This document shows, piece after piece, positions 21,301 to 28,701 of a DNA stretch of 64,000 nucleotides. Position 1 is the first letter of the stretch. The number at the start of each line of letters is the position of its first letter. The notes beneath the pieces are model-generated. The model made no database searches. It saw only the letters and a list, made by a program, of their open reading frames with translations, and had not been told where the DNA came from. The position numbers and the translations under genes were made by a program. The stretch spans positions 62,001-126,000 of the IMG/VR virus record IMGVR_UViG_3300042302_000394. One strand, 5' to 3'.

Positions 21301-21422
21301 AACAGGTTCTCATTTTATGTGCTACCACTACACCAACACCGCTGACCAAGCAGTGCCCAGGATTCGAACCTGGCCCGTCTTTTTTACAGAAAGTTTAATA
21401 AGATTGCTGAAAAGAACCTAAA
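21301..21422 (-). ncRNA. CAGCAA-motif RNA E1 with permuted tRNA module (anticodon GUA, T, acceptor hairpin, D)
   Basis: TTAGGTTCTTTTCAGCAA...AGAACCTGTT terminal stem; internal CCAGGTTCGAATCCTGG then TGGTGTAGTGGTAGCACA. Confidence 0.75.
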
Positions 21423-21433
21423 TGGTCAAACCA

Positions 21434-21548
21434 TTTGTTATATTGTAGATTTTATCAGTTTATTGTTCTACAACCTCACGACGCCATGGCAGCTATACTG
21501 CCGCACTGCTCGATACCACCTCCCCTTTCAGGGCGTCCGGAATAACAA
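21434..21548 (-). ncRNA. Putative structured RNA
   Basis: TTTGTTAT...ATAACAAA terminal complementarity with internal hairpins. Confidence 0.35.
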
Positions 21549-21553
21549 AATAA

Positions 21554-21673
21554 AACAGGATACCTTTTTCGATGGCTTGGAAGCCATTGCTCTACCATTG
21601 AGCGATCTACGCAAAAGCGTGGAGTTGGAATCGAACCAACATGTCATTTAAGACGTTGCTGCATGTATCCTAA
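21554..21673 (-). ncRNA. CAGCAA-motif RNA E2 with permuted tRNA module (T, acceptor hairpin, D, anticodon-like)
   Basis: TTAGGATACATGCAGCAA...GTATCCTGTT; GTTGGTTCGATTCCAAC then GCTCAATGGTAGAGC. Confidence 0.75.
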
Positions 21674-21676
21674 AAT

Positions 21677-21750
21677 TGGATGCGGGCCCAGGATTTGAAC
21701 CTGGGATGCTCCGAGCTTATGAGACTGGAGTGGTGGCCGCCCTGCCCGCT
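21677..21750 (-). tRNA. tRNA-Met(CAT)-like, degenerate D arm
   Basis: CTCATAA loop, T arm, CCA. Confidence 0.6.
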
Positions 21751-21817
21751 ATATTCTTTGCCACACTACTTATCCTATTATACACCGTGTGCCATGGTGA
21801 ATTCTTTCTTGTATTTA

Positions 21818-21895
21818 TGGTCGGAATAGTAGGATTCGAACCTACGACCCTCGCGTCCCAAACGCGATGCGCTAACCAGACTGCGCTACATTCCG
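21818..21895 (-). tRNA. tRNA-Pro(TGG)
   Basis: Canonical cloverleaf with CCA. Confidence 0.92.
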
Positions 21896-21902
21896 ATTTA
21901 AA

Positions 21903-21978
21903 TGGTACCTGGTGTCAGACTCGAACTGACATCGTTCTCCGTGTAAAGGAGATGCATAACCTCTCTGCGCAACCAGGC
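21903..21978 (-). tRNA. tRNA-Val(TAC)
   Basis: TCTCC-TTTACAC-GGAGA arm, CCA. Confidence 0.88.
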
Positions 21979-21985
21979 AAAAATA

Positions 21986-22059
21986 TGGAGCGGGGTAAGA
22001 GAATCGAACTCTCAGCATGAGCTTGGAAGGCTCAGGTATTACCACTATACGAACCCCGC
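21986..22059 (-). tRNA. tRNA-Gly(TCC)
   Basis: Canonical cloverleaf with CCA. Confidence 0.92.
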
Positions 22060-22062
22060 ATA

Positions 22063-22183
22063 CTTTATTAAAACATACTCCCAACAAGTGTCTTATGCTT
22101 GTTGTACCGTGTGCTAGGCACATTTCCTTTGCAAGGCTCCCCCGGGTTTGGGCTACGTAGACAAAGAATATATTTTAATAAAG
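22063..22183 (-). ncRNA. Structured RNA with long AT-rich terminal helix
   Basis: CTTTATTAAAATATA...TATGTTTTAATAAAG pairing. Confidence 0.5.
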
Positions 22184-22187
22184 TTAC

Positions 22188-22293
22188 CTTATTGAAACAC
22201 ACTGTTGCGGCCGCAGGATACCGAGTGATGTAGTGAGTCGGAATCAAACCTTCCCAATCTACACAGTGCTCTCCACAATGCGTTTCAATAAAG
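22188..22293 (-). ncRNA. Structured RNA with long AT-rich terminal helix
   Basis: TTATTGAAACGCATTGT...ACAGTGTGTTTCAATAA pairing. Confidence 0.5.
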
Positions 22294-22495
22294 TGTCTAG
22301 CTACTCACACCACATGAGCCCTAAACTGGTCTGTTGCTACGTCCATAACATTTTCTTCTTCTGGAAAGGCTGTTAATCCTCACCCTAGGCAGTTTCCAGT
22401 ATCCCTTAAATAGGGACTGTGAGGTCAGGTCCTAGTGTACCCTCTGGTCTATCGTTACAGAGACGCTATTTCGTTACGTAGAAATAGTAAGACGG
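22294..22495 (-). ncRNA. Putative ~200 nt structured RNA
   Basis: Non-coding, GC-richer than flanks, several hairpins, imperfect end pairing. Confidence 0.35.
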
Positions 22496-22501
22496 GTTTT
22501 C

Positions 22502-22566
22502 AACAGGTTAATACTAGTTTAATGACCTAGCAGTCGCCATATTTTTGATAGCTGTAATTAACCTAA
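22502..22566 (-). ncRNA. CAGCAA-motif RNA E3 (short form)
   Basis: TTAGGTTAATTACAGCTA...ATTAACCTGTT. Confidence 0.65.
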
Positions 22567-22571
22567 AAACT

Positions 22572-22646
22572 TGGTGCCCCGTGTCTGAATCGAACAGACG
22601 ATCTCCGCTTTACAAGAGCGGCGCATTGCCACTGTGCTAACAGGGC
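22572..22646 (-). tRNA. tRNA-Thr(TGT)
   Basis: Cloverleaf with CCA. Confidence 0.9.
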
Positions 22647-22655
22647 GCAATATAT

Positions 22656-22922
22656 TTAACCGCCCTGAGTGGAATCACTTACATTCTTTGACTGTTCATC
22701 TGCTAGATATGATGCTAGCTTTGATTGAAAGTCAGCTTCTGTTAGACCATGCCAACCGACACACTTACCAGTCGGACTACGACCACAACCGCATTTTCCA
22801 ATCTCATCTGCATTTTCTTGTACTCTTACTTGCATATCTTTCTTTCCAAAAATAGCGTCATAGTTGTTAGCAAATGTATTCTGGCTAACGCTAAACGGAC
22901 GAGCTCTTGAACCTTTTGACAT
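22656..22922 (-). CDS. CDGSH-like iron-sulfur protein
   Basis: CGCGRSPTGKCVGWH 3Cys-1His motif. Confidence 0.65.
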   Translation of the reverse strand: MSKGSRARPFSVSQNTFANNYDAIFGKKDMQVRVQENADEIGKCGCGRSPTGKCVGWHGLTEADFQSKLASYLADEQSKNVSDSTQGG

Positions 22923-23152
22923 TACCGAACCTTTTTAAGATACTCTCTACCAATTTTACCTGCTTCAATTTCTTGCAAGGCAGTAATAGTGGCACTGTTG
23001 GTTCCGCTAACTTGTTTAGCATGTCCACGTCGCAGTTCGCGAACTCGAGCACTGGCAATCAGAACTAGATCAAATCTATTGCCCACGGCTTCGACACATT
23101 TGTCTGTGTCGATGTTCTGTGGAGAAAAGGGAACTTTAATAACTTTAATCAT
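22922..23152 (-). CDS. rpoZ: RNA polymerase omega subunit homolog
   Basis: NRFDLVLIASARVREL...TALQEIEAGKIG. Confidence 0.85.
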   Translation of the reverse strand: MIKVIKVPFSPQNIDTDKCVEAVGNRFDLVLIASARVRELRRGHAKQVSGTNSATITALQEIEAGKIGREYLKKVR

Positions 23153-23179
23153 CTATTACTTTCGTTGGTTTAAAAAATT

Positions 23180-23255
23180 TGGCTCCCCGGGCAAGGATCG
23201 AACTTGCGACCAACAGATTAACAGTCTGCTGCTACTACCGCTGAGCTACCAGGGA
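23180..23255 (-). tRNA. tRNA-Asn(GTT)
   Basis: Cloverleaf with CCA. Confidence 0.92.
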
Positions 23256-23262
23256 ATATACT

Positions 23263-23436
23263 TTACTTTGCGTCTCGCTCTTTAGAGGATCGCGGAACAA
23301 TGTTCGCAGCCACTTGAGCATCTATCATTGCATTTTTGAATCCATGACGGTCTTGATCGTTCTTAAAACTCATCAATGCTATCATAGTCTTTGCTCTTTT
23401 ACTCAACCTAAAAGTTGAACCTGTTCTTGCTCTCAT
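23263..23436 (-). CDS. Small hypothetical protein (57 aa, MRARTGSTFRLSK)
   Basis: AAGGA RBS, open frame. Confidence 0.5.
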   Translation of the reverse strand: MRARTGSTFRLSKRAKTMIALMSFKNDQDRHGFKNAMIDAQVAANIVPRSSKERDAK

Positions 23437-23457
23437 TTTATTCCTTAAAAAATTTTA

Positions 23458-23532
23458 TGGTGGACCGAGGGAGGATCGAACTCCCACCCGAGGCTTGCAA
23501 AGCCACTGTGCTCCCATTATCACTATCAGCCC
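23458..23532 (-). tRNA. tRNA-Ala(TGC)
   Basis: G3:U70, TGC loop, CCA. Confidence 0.88.
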
Positions 23533-23613
23533 ATATTAAAACACATTTAAACAGTCCTTCAACGCTAGTCGCTATCTCCCCTACTAGAGGGCGGATCTGT
23601 ATGTGTTTTAATA
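23533..23613 (-). ncRNA. Structured RNA with AT-rich terminal helix
   Basis: ATATTAAAACACAT...ATGTGTTTTAATAT perfect inverted ends. Confidence 0.5.
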
Positions 23614-23697
23614 TGGTGCCCCAGGTCGGACTCGAACCGACACGCCTCTCGGCACTGGCTTCTAAGACCAGCGTGGCTACCATTACACCACCGGGGC
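23614..23697 (-). tRNA. tRNA-Leu(TAG)
   Basis: Long variable arm, CCA. Confidence 0.92.
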
Positions 23698-23705
23698 AAA
23701 TTTTT

Positions 23706-23734
23706 ATTATACAGGATATTTATAATCCTGTCAA
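23706..23734 (-). promoter_or_regulatory. sigma70-type promoter with nested TATAAATA
   Basis: TTGACA-N17-TATAAT. Confidence 0.7.
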
Positions 23735-23751
23735 CCTCTATTTTAATAACT

Positions 23752-23828
23752 TGGTGCGCCCACTAGGACTTGAACCTAGGACCAAAGGATTATGAGTCCT
23801 CTGCTCTGACCAACTGAGCTATAGGCGC
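23752..23828 (-). tRNA. tRNA-Met/Ile2(CAT)
   Basis: Canonical cloverleaf, CTCATAA loop. Confidence 0.88.
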
Positions 23829-23837
23829 ATCAATCAT

Positions 23838-23929
23838 TGGTACCAGCGGAGGGGATCGAACCCTCTCAAGAACGCTAATCTGGCGCTAAAAGGTCTATAA
23901 GGCCTCTCTGACTACCAAGTCTCGCTGGC
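23838..23929 (-). tRNA. Atypical tRNA, TAT anticodon, long variable arm
   Basis: 7-bp acceptor, T arm, CCA; CTTATAG loop; 4-nt D loop. Confidence 0.6.
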
Positions 23930-23938
23930 ATGTATGTT

Positions 23939-24028
23939 TGGCGGTGCGACTGAGACTCGAACTCAGAACCCGGATTACGCCGAGCGACGGATTAGCAATC
24001 CGCTCTAATACCATTATAGGACCGCACC
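23939..24028 (-). tRNA. tRNA-Ser(GCT)
   Basis: Long variable arm, G73, CCA. Confidence 0.9.
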
Positions 24029-24037
24029 AAATTTCCA

Positions 24038-24155
24038 TTAGTTGAATCCTCTACACTATATGCCTATCCTCAACACGCTTTACTCGAGTTGACGGTTTAT
24101 TGAATAGGTTACATAACGTATGATCAAACCTCTGTGCTTGCAAAGGATTCAATTA
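24038..24155 (-). ncRNA. Putative structured RNA
   Basis: TTGAATCCT...AGGATTCAA terminal stem between tRNAs. Confidence 0.4.
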
Positions 24156-24156
24156 A

Positions 24157-24240
24157 TGGTGCGAGAGACGGGACTCGAACCCGTATGCCTTTCGGCGGCA
24201 GATTTTAAGTCTGCTGAGTATACCATTTCTCCACTCTCGC
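24157..24240 (-). tRNA. tRNA-Leu(TAA)
   Basis: Long variable arm, CCA. Confidence 0.92.
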
Positions 24241-24257
24241 AAAATACTAACTTTACA

Positions 24258-24326
24258 TTTTTAAAGAACAGTGCTGTTATTAGCAGCGTATGTATAAATT
24301 ATACTGTCTTTCTCAGTGTGTGTCAA
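24258..24326 (-). promoter_or_regulatory. sigma70 promoter followed by hairpin and boxA-like element
   Basis: TTGACA(24326)-N17-TATAAT then TGTTCTTTAAAAA. Confidence 0.65.
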
Positions 24327-24346
24327 CAGGTATTTAAAAATATTTT

Positions 24347-24420
24347 TGGTGCTCAAGCAAAGAATCGAACTTTGATTGCTGTCGTACCAAGACAGTGTAC
24401 TACCATTGTACTACAAGAGC
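24347..24420 (-). tRNA. tRNA-Thr(GGT)
   Basis: Cloverleaf with CCA. Confidence 0.88.
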
Positions 24421-24456
24421 ATTTTTGTGTTATCACTAGGAATCAAATCTAAATGT

Positions 24457-25947
24457 TTATTTTAGAGACATGAGATCATTATAATACGTTTGTACAAACA
24501 AGTGAACTCTATTTTGCCATTCATTGTCTAAGTTGTATTCGCCCCATCGCAGTCTATCTATTTCTTCAACAGTGTATCCAAATTGTAGGACTTCAACTGC
24601 GTTCCAGCCGCCTCTTTTAACATGCGGGGCCGCGCTTTCAGTTAGCAAATTTGTCCATTTTACTACATCTAAAAATGTAAGACCTGATGAATGCTTCCAC
24701 CAAGTTTGTCTCCAGAGACGCTTACCAATAGCGTAAGACTCGGGCAATACCTGTATTATTTCAAATCCATATTTTTCTGCATTACGTTCAAACTCACTAG
24801 TGAATACCGAAGTATCAGGTTTATTAAGTAATAAGGGAATTATTTTCCAGGATGTTATTTTATTATCGACACACCAGTTATGAGTTTCTTTTAAATCATC
24901 TAATGTTTCTGGAGGAATGCCTGCGATAAAACTAAGATGTTCTTTTACTTTTCCCTGCCATCTGTCCTGTAACAAATGAGGCAAATAGTCTTTGGCTTTT
25001 TTTCCGCTAAATGCCTTTCCTACCAAAGCAGATGCATCTTTATTAAAACTTTCTATTCCAAAAAAAGCTCCATAAAGACCGCTTTCCAATAACATATCTT
25101 CAGTATGACGATGAGCCTCAATTAAATCTAATCTTAAATAAGTTGCATATTTAATTTTAAAAGGTAAGGATGATACCATTTTGGCAAATTCTTCCAATCT
25201 TTCGGTGTCTGCATTAAATGTATCGTCTAAAATATAATAATTCGTTGTTCCAAATCTTTCGTAATTGTCAAGTAACTCATCTCTTATATTTTCCATCGGT
25301 TTAAGGAAATCTTTTTTATTTTTTCCAATTAACGGATATTGACAGAATTTACACTTAAAAATGCATCCCCTGGTTGTTTCTAACGGCAATGCTTCATTTG
25401 GCTGTATAGCATCACTGTCATGCCACCTAAAATTACACTGCTCAATTGAAAATCCTTCATTACTTTGATACGAAGATTCTTTTACAATTTTGTAACCGTC
25501 TGCACCTATTTCGACAAATGGCTGTGGACCTTTTTTAAAAATCCAATTGCAAAATTGTAACATTGTATTTTCAGCATGACCTGTAAAATAATAATCAAGT
25601 GTTTTTTTTAATTTTCCTTTAATTATACCAACAGATGGGCCACCGGCTATTATTTTTAAATTTGGATGTTTTGTTTTAAGTTGTTTAATTGCTGAACTGA
25701 ATATAGAAAAGAATACATCGTTAGCTTCTAATAAAATTCCTCCAAGGCCTATAACTTTGGTTTCATCTGTTACAAATTTTTCAAACAGTGCATTTACTTT
25801 ATCCAATGTAAAAATTGGTTCAGAATAATTTATAACCTGTACTGTATAACCAAAGAGTCTTAAATACCAAGCTAATTGGTGACCCCCAATTGATCTAGGA
25901 GCGGCGCCCCGATAATCGCTAATTGTTTGTATAATAATAACATTCAT
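24457..25947 (-). CDS. Radical SAM protein with B12-binding-like N-terminus
   Basis: ETTRGCIFKCKFC, DDTFN, FGIES; paralog of 12239-13771. Confidence 0.85.
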   Translation of the reverse strand: MNVIIIQTISDYRGAAPRSIGGHQLAWYLRLFGYTVQVINYSEPIFTLDKVNALFEKFVTDETKVIGLGGILLEANDVFFSIFSSAIKQLKTKHPNLKIIAGGPSVGIIKGKLKKTLDYYFTGHAENTMLQFCNWIFKKGPQPFVEIGADGYKIVKESSYQSNEGFSIEQCNFRWHDSDAIQPNEALPLETTRGCIFKCKFCQYPLIGKNKKDFLKPMENIRDELLDNYERFGTTNYYILDDTFNADTERLEEFAKMVSSLPFKIKYATYLRLDLIEAHRHTEDMLLESGLYGAFFGIESFNKDASALVGKAFSGKKAKDYLPHLLQDRWQGKVKEHLSFIAGIPPETLDDLKETHNWCVDNKITSWKIIPLLLNKPDTSVFTSEFERNAEKYGFEIIQVLPESYAIGKRLWRQTWWKHSSGLTFLDVVKWTNLLTESAAPHVKRGGWNAVEVLQFGYTVEEIDRLRWGEYNLDNEWQNRVHLFVQTYYNDLMSLK

Positions 25948-25987
25948 AATAGTAAACAAATATTTATCATTAACTGTATATAAAACT

Positions 25988-26062
25988 TGGTCCCGCCAGT
26001 AGGAATCGAACCTACATTTAAGTCTTAGGAGGACCCCGTACTATCCATTGTACTATAGCGAG
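25988..26062 (-). tRNA. tRNA-Arg(CCT)
   Basis: Cloverleaf with CCA. Confidence 0.88.
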
Positions 26063-26065
26063 ATA

Positions 26066-26140
26066 TGGCCGGTCTTGAGAGGATCGAACTCCCACCCTCG
26101 GTTTCGAAGACCGAGATGATATCCATTTCACCAAAGACCG
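26066..26140 (-). tRNA. tRNA-Arg(TCG)
   Basis: Cloverleaf with CCA. Confidence 0.88.
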
Positions 26141-26145
26141 ATATG

Positions 26146-26220
26146 TGGTACCGCCTACAGGAATCGAACCCATATTCGCAGGGTAGAAGCCTGCCGTATT
26201 ATCCATTATACGAAAGCGGT
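26146..26220 (-). tRNA. tRNA-Arg(TCT)
   Basis: GCAGG-CTTCTAC-CCTGC arm, CCA. Confidence 0.88.
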
Positions 26221-26221
26221 G

Positions 26222-26311
26222 TGGCAGTGAGTGAGAGATTCGAACTCTCGTGCCCCTTACGGAACCATCACCTTTCCAAGATGCGCCAATAGGCCTCTCT
26301 GGCAACTCACT
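26222..26311 (-). tRNA. tRNA-Ser(GGA)
   Basis: Long variable arm, CCA. Confidence 0.85.
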
Positions 26312-26317
26312 ATTGTT

Positions 26318-26395
26318 TGGTACCCCTGACCGGATTCGAACCGGTACTTGACAATGTTTAAGACTGTTGCCTGCTACCAATTGGGCTACAGGGGC
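26318..26395 (-). tRNA. tRNA with TAA anticodon and short variable loop (Leu?)
   Basis: ACAGT-CTTAAAC-ATTGT arm, CCA. Confidence 0.75.
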
Positions 26396-26403
26396 AAATA
26401 GGT

Positions 26404-26550
26404 TTTTGAGAGACCAGCTATCTTTCTCAAGGACTCACTGGCTTGTCTCGTATGAAGGAGTTTAAACTACCTTGTGTTGCTACTGGTGTGTCAGTCTCAA
26501 GAATAGGGACCTAGCGCACAAGGGACTCTACTTCAACGTCTATCTCAAAA
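26404..26550 (-). ncRNA. Putative structured RNA
   Basis: TTTTGAGA...TCTCAAAA terminal stem; shares AAGTAGAGTC...CTAGGT with 27118-27327. Confidence 0.45.
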
Positions 26551-26552
26551 CT

Positions 26553-26628
26553 TGGCGTCCCATAGCGGATTCGAACCGCTGTAAATACCGTGAAAGGGTA
26601 CTATCCTAGGCCTCTAGATGAATGGGAC
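26553..26628 (-). tRNA. tRNA-Glu(TTC)
   Basis: Cloverleaf with CCA. Confidence 0.9.
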
Positions 26629-26633
26629 ATGTT

Positions 26634-26708
26634 TGGTAGTAACGGTGAGATTCGAACTCACACCGGGCACCGTATGAAGGTGTTGCACAACCATTATGCT
26701 ACGTTACC
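26634..26708 (-). tRNA. tRNA-Met(CAT)
   Basis: Cloverleaf with CCA. Confidence 0.85.
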
Positions 26709-26799
26709 ATATCAAAACACACTAGCGGAATCGAACCGTTACGCCTCCTGCACTACGTGAGGAAGCGGATGCCCACACTAGTTCTAGTGAGCTTTGATA
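26709..26799 (-). ncRNA. Structured RNA with AT-rich terminal helix and T-loop
   Basis: ATATCAAAGCTCACTAG...CTAGTGTGTTTTGATAT; internal CGGTTCGATTCCG. Confidence 0.5.
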
Positions 26800-26877
26800 T
26801 GGTAGGACTGTCCGGATTCGAACCGGAACCTGGCGGATTAAAAGTCCGCTGTGCTAAACCGTTGACACTACAATCCC
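26800..26877 (-). tRNA. tRNA-Lys(TTT)
   Basis: Cloverleaf with CCA. Confidence 0.9.
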
Positions 26878-26882
26878 ATATA

Positions 26883-26959
26883 TGGTCCCTAGCGTCAGAT
26901 TCGAACTGACACCTCATCGGTTAAGAGCCGAGTACGCTACCGTTAAACGCCAGCTAGGG
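26883..26959 (-). tRNA. tRNA-Lys(CTT)
   Basis: Cloverleaf with CCA. Confidence 0.85.
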
Positions 26960-27078
26960 TTGTTGCATATTAAATTTGTCTTTAATGTGCCAACCCTAGA
27001 CCATATACGGGATCTAAGATTGACACTATCGTTTACCTGAACGTTTCATGTCATTACCTCTTTTGTGTTTAAGTTTCT

Positions 27079-27107
27079 ATTATACAACCTTTTAGGGTAG
27101 TTGTCAA
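27079..27107 (-). promoter_or_regulatory. sigma70-type promoter
   Basis: TTGACA-N17-TATAAT. Confidence 0.7.
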
Positions 27108-27117
27108 CCGCATTGAA

Positions 27118-27327
27118 TTTGTAAGCTGTTGCGTCCCTCATATCGCAACCATTTTCCCTTGTAATAAAGCCGGCAGGGTCAAGATACGTCACTTGGGCTT
27201 TGTCCAGACGATACTCCAACTGTATTCCGATCTTCCGATCGGACGGGGATCGAACCCGCTACCTTCTACTGTTTTGGTAGTTCGAACATACCTAGACAGC
27301 GTGACTCTACTTGCTGACACTTACAAA
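27118..27327 (-). ncRNA. Variant CAGCAA-motif RNA with permuted tRNA module
   Basis: TTTGTAAGTGTCAGCAA...CTTACAAA; CGGGTTCGATCCCCG, TCCGATC-GGAA-GATCGGA, ATAC-AGTTGGA-GTAT. Confidence 0.65.
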
Positions 27328-27330
27328 ACT

Positions 27331-27408
27331 TGGTGGACGATAGTGGAATCGAACCACTGTCACGGCAGGGTTGCTACCGCCTGTTATCCTTTACAACAGT
27401 CATCGCCC
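27331..27408 (-). tRNA. Atypical Ala-like tRNA
   Basis: G3:U70, A73, CCA, T arm; 8-nt anticodon loop. Confidence 0.55.
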
Positions 27409-27415
27409 ATTAACT

Positions 27416-27490
27416 TGGTGCCCACATATGGAATCGAACCACAATCCCCGGTTTCGTAGACCAGTGTATTATCCATTATACTATGCGGGC
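27416..27490 (-). tRNA. tRNA-Arg(ACG)
   Basis: Cloverleaf with CCA. Confidence 0.9.
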
Positions 27491-27496
27491 AAATAA

Positions 27497-27559
27497 AACA
27501 GGATAGCATTTTTGGTTTCATTAACAGTGAAATTTTTGATTTTGCTGTTGCTATCCTAA
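27497..27559 (-). ncRNA. CAGCAA-motif RNA E4 carrying an Asn(GUU) anticodon arm
   Basis: TTAGGATAGCAACAGCAA...TTTCA-CTGTTAA-TGAAA...TGCTATCCTGTT. Confidence 0.75.
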
Positions 27560-27621
27560 AAATTTGTGCTGGGTAGGTGCTCCAGCGCCGATCGTCTTGA
27601 TATTATCTCACGGCCCTTGTT

Positions 27622-27697
27622 TGGTGCCACAAACTGGACTCGAACCAGTAACACACGAATTTTCAATCCGCTGCTCTACCATTGGAGCTATTGTGGC
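27622..27697 (-). tRNA. tRNA-Phe(GAA)
   Basis: Cloverleaf with CCA. Confidence 0.9.
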
Positions 27698-27705
27698 AAA
27701 ATGTT

Positions 27706-27780
27706 TGGTGGAGGCCGGGGGTATCGAACCCCTCTAGTCACGATGCTTGCAAGGCAACGCCGCAGCCCTCTGCTGCCCCC
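27706..27780 (-). tRNA. tRNA-Ala(TGC), reduced D arm
   Basis: G3:U70, CTTGCAA loop, CCA. Confidence 0.65.
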
Positions 27781-27789
27781 AAATTGTAT

Positions 27790-27868
27790 TGGCTCCGTGT
27801 GTGAGGATCGAACTCACCTAATCATTGATTAACAGTCAAGTCCTTGCACCATGCTTGGATTTCACGGA
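27790..27868 (-). tRNA. tRNA-Asn(GTT)
   Basis: CTGTTAA loop, CCA. Confidence 0.8.
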
Positions 27869-27876
27869 ATAAATTT

Positions 27877-27951
27877 TGGCGATCCTGCGGGGAATCGAAC
27901 CCCGATATCCGACTAGACAGGCCGGTATAATAACCACTATATGACAGGACC
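27877..27951 (-). tRNA. tRNA-Asp(GTC)
   Basis: Cloverleaf with CCA. Confidence 0.88.
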
Positions 27952-27958
27952 ATTAACT

Positions 27959-28045
27959 TGGTGGAGACGACTGGAGTCGAACCAGTAGTGCCTTTCGGGC
28001 GGCGGATTTACAGTCCACTGGGGTTACCAATTTTCCTACATCTCC
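27959..28045 (-). tRNA. tRNA-Tyr(GTA)
   Basis: Long variable arm, CCA. Confidence 0.9.
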
Positions 28046-28051
28046 ATAACT

Positions 28052-28127
28052 TGGCGCCACAGACGGGAATCGAACCCGCCTAAATCGGATAGACAATCCG
28101 GTGCCCTACCCAGAGGACTACTGTGGC
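28052..28127 (-). tRNA. tRNA-Asp(GTC)
   Basis: Cloverleaf with CCA. Confidence 0.85.
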
Positions 28128-28132
28128 AAAAC

Positions 28133-28231
28133 TAATAACACAAGCATAACATTAACCAGTTATGCCTGCCACTCTCATCCCTCGCTGGCAGGGAGACTGA
28201 ATGCCATCCTACAGTGCGTTGAGTGTTGTTA
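28133..28231 (-). ncRNA. Putative structured RNA
   Basis: TAACAACAC...GTGTTATTA terminal pairing between tRNAs. Confidence 0.35.
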
Positions 28232-28234
28232 ACT

Positions 28235-28311
28235 TGGTACTCCGTACGGGACTCGAACCCGTTTTTCCAACTTGAAAGGCTAGCGTCCTAAACCACGTAG
28301 ACGAACGAAGT
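28235..28311 (-). tRNA. tRNA-Glu(TTC)
   Basis: Cloverleaf with CCA. Confidence 0.85.
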
Positions 28312-28315
28312 AAAA

Positions 28316-28428
28316 TTCTTATACAACTACACACTCACAGGACTCGAACCTGCCAACTGGACTTCTCGTCCAGCTAGATACCACCTCTATCTGCTTGGCC
28401 TAAGCATTTGTGTGTATGTGTATAAGAA
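28316..28428 (-). ncRNA. tRNA-like multi-hairpin RNA with extended terminal helix
   Basis: TTCTTATACA...TGTATAAGAA ends; GCAGGTTCGAGTCCTGT T arm; no CCA. Confidence 0.5.
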
Positions 28429-28445
28429 CTTCTTATACTGTAAAT

Positions 28446-28516
28446 TTTTAAAGAACATTTACATCTAATTGCTTAGTGTATGTGTTAATTATAGCAAGGT
28501 TTTACCTCCTTGTCAA
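28446..28516 (-). promoter_or_regulatory. sigma70 promoter followed by boxA-like element
   Basis: TTGACA(28516)-N17-TATAAT then TGTTCTTTAAAAA. Confidence 0.65.
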
Positions 28517-28559
28517 TAGTCTTTGCAACTATTTTTGTTGTATTTTAACAACACTATTA

Positions 28560-28625
28560 AACAGGATACTGTTTGCTTTTCACAGCCAAAAAGTGAAATA
28601 TTTTGGTTTGCTGTAAGTATCCTAA
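28560..28625 (-). ncRNA. CAGCAA-motif RNA E5
   Basis: TTAGGATACTTACAGCAA...TTTCAC-TTTTTGGCT-GTGAAA...AGTATCCTGTT. Confidence 0.7.
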
Positions 28626-28627
28626 AC

Positions 28628-28701
28628 TGGTGCGGGGTAAGGGAATCGAACCCTTAACTACTGGGTGGAAGCCAGTGATCTTACCATTAAACGAACCACG
28701 C
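28628..28701 (-). tRNA. tRNA-Gly(TCC)
   Basis: ACTGG-CTTCCAC-CCAGT arm, CCA. Confidence 0.82.

Noticed and set aside
22294-22495. tmRNA or RNase P RNA
   Set aside because: No tmRNA acceptor/T-arm ends or tag frame and no RNase P P4 signature recognisable
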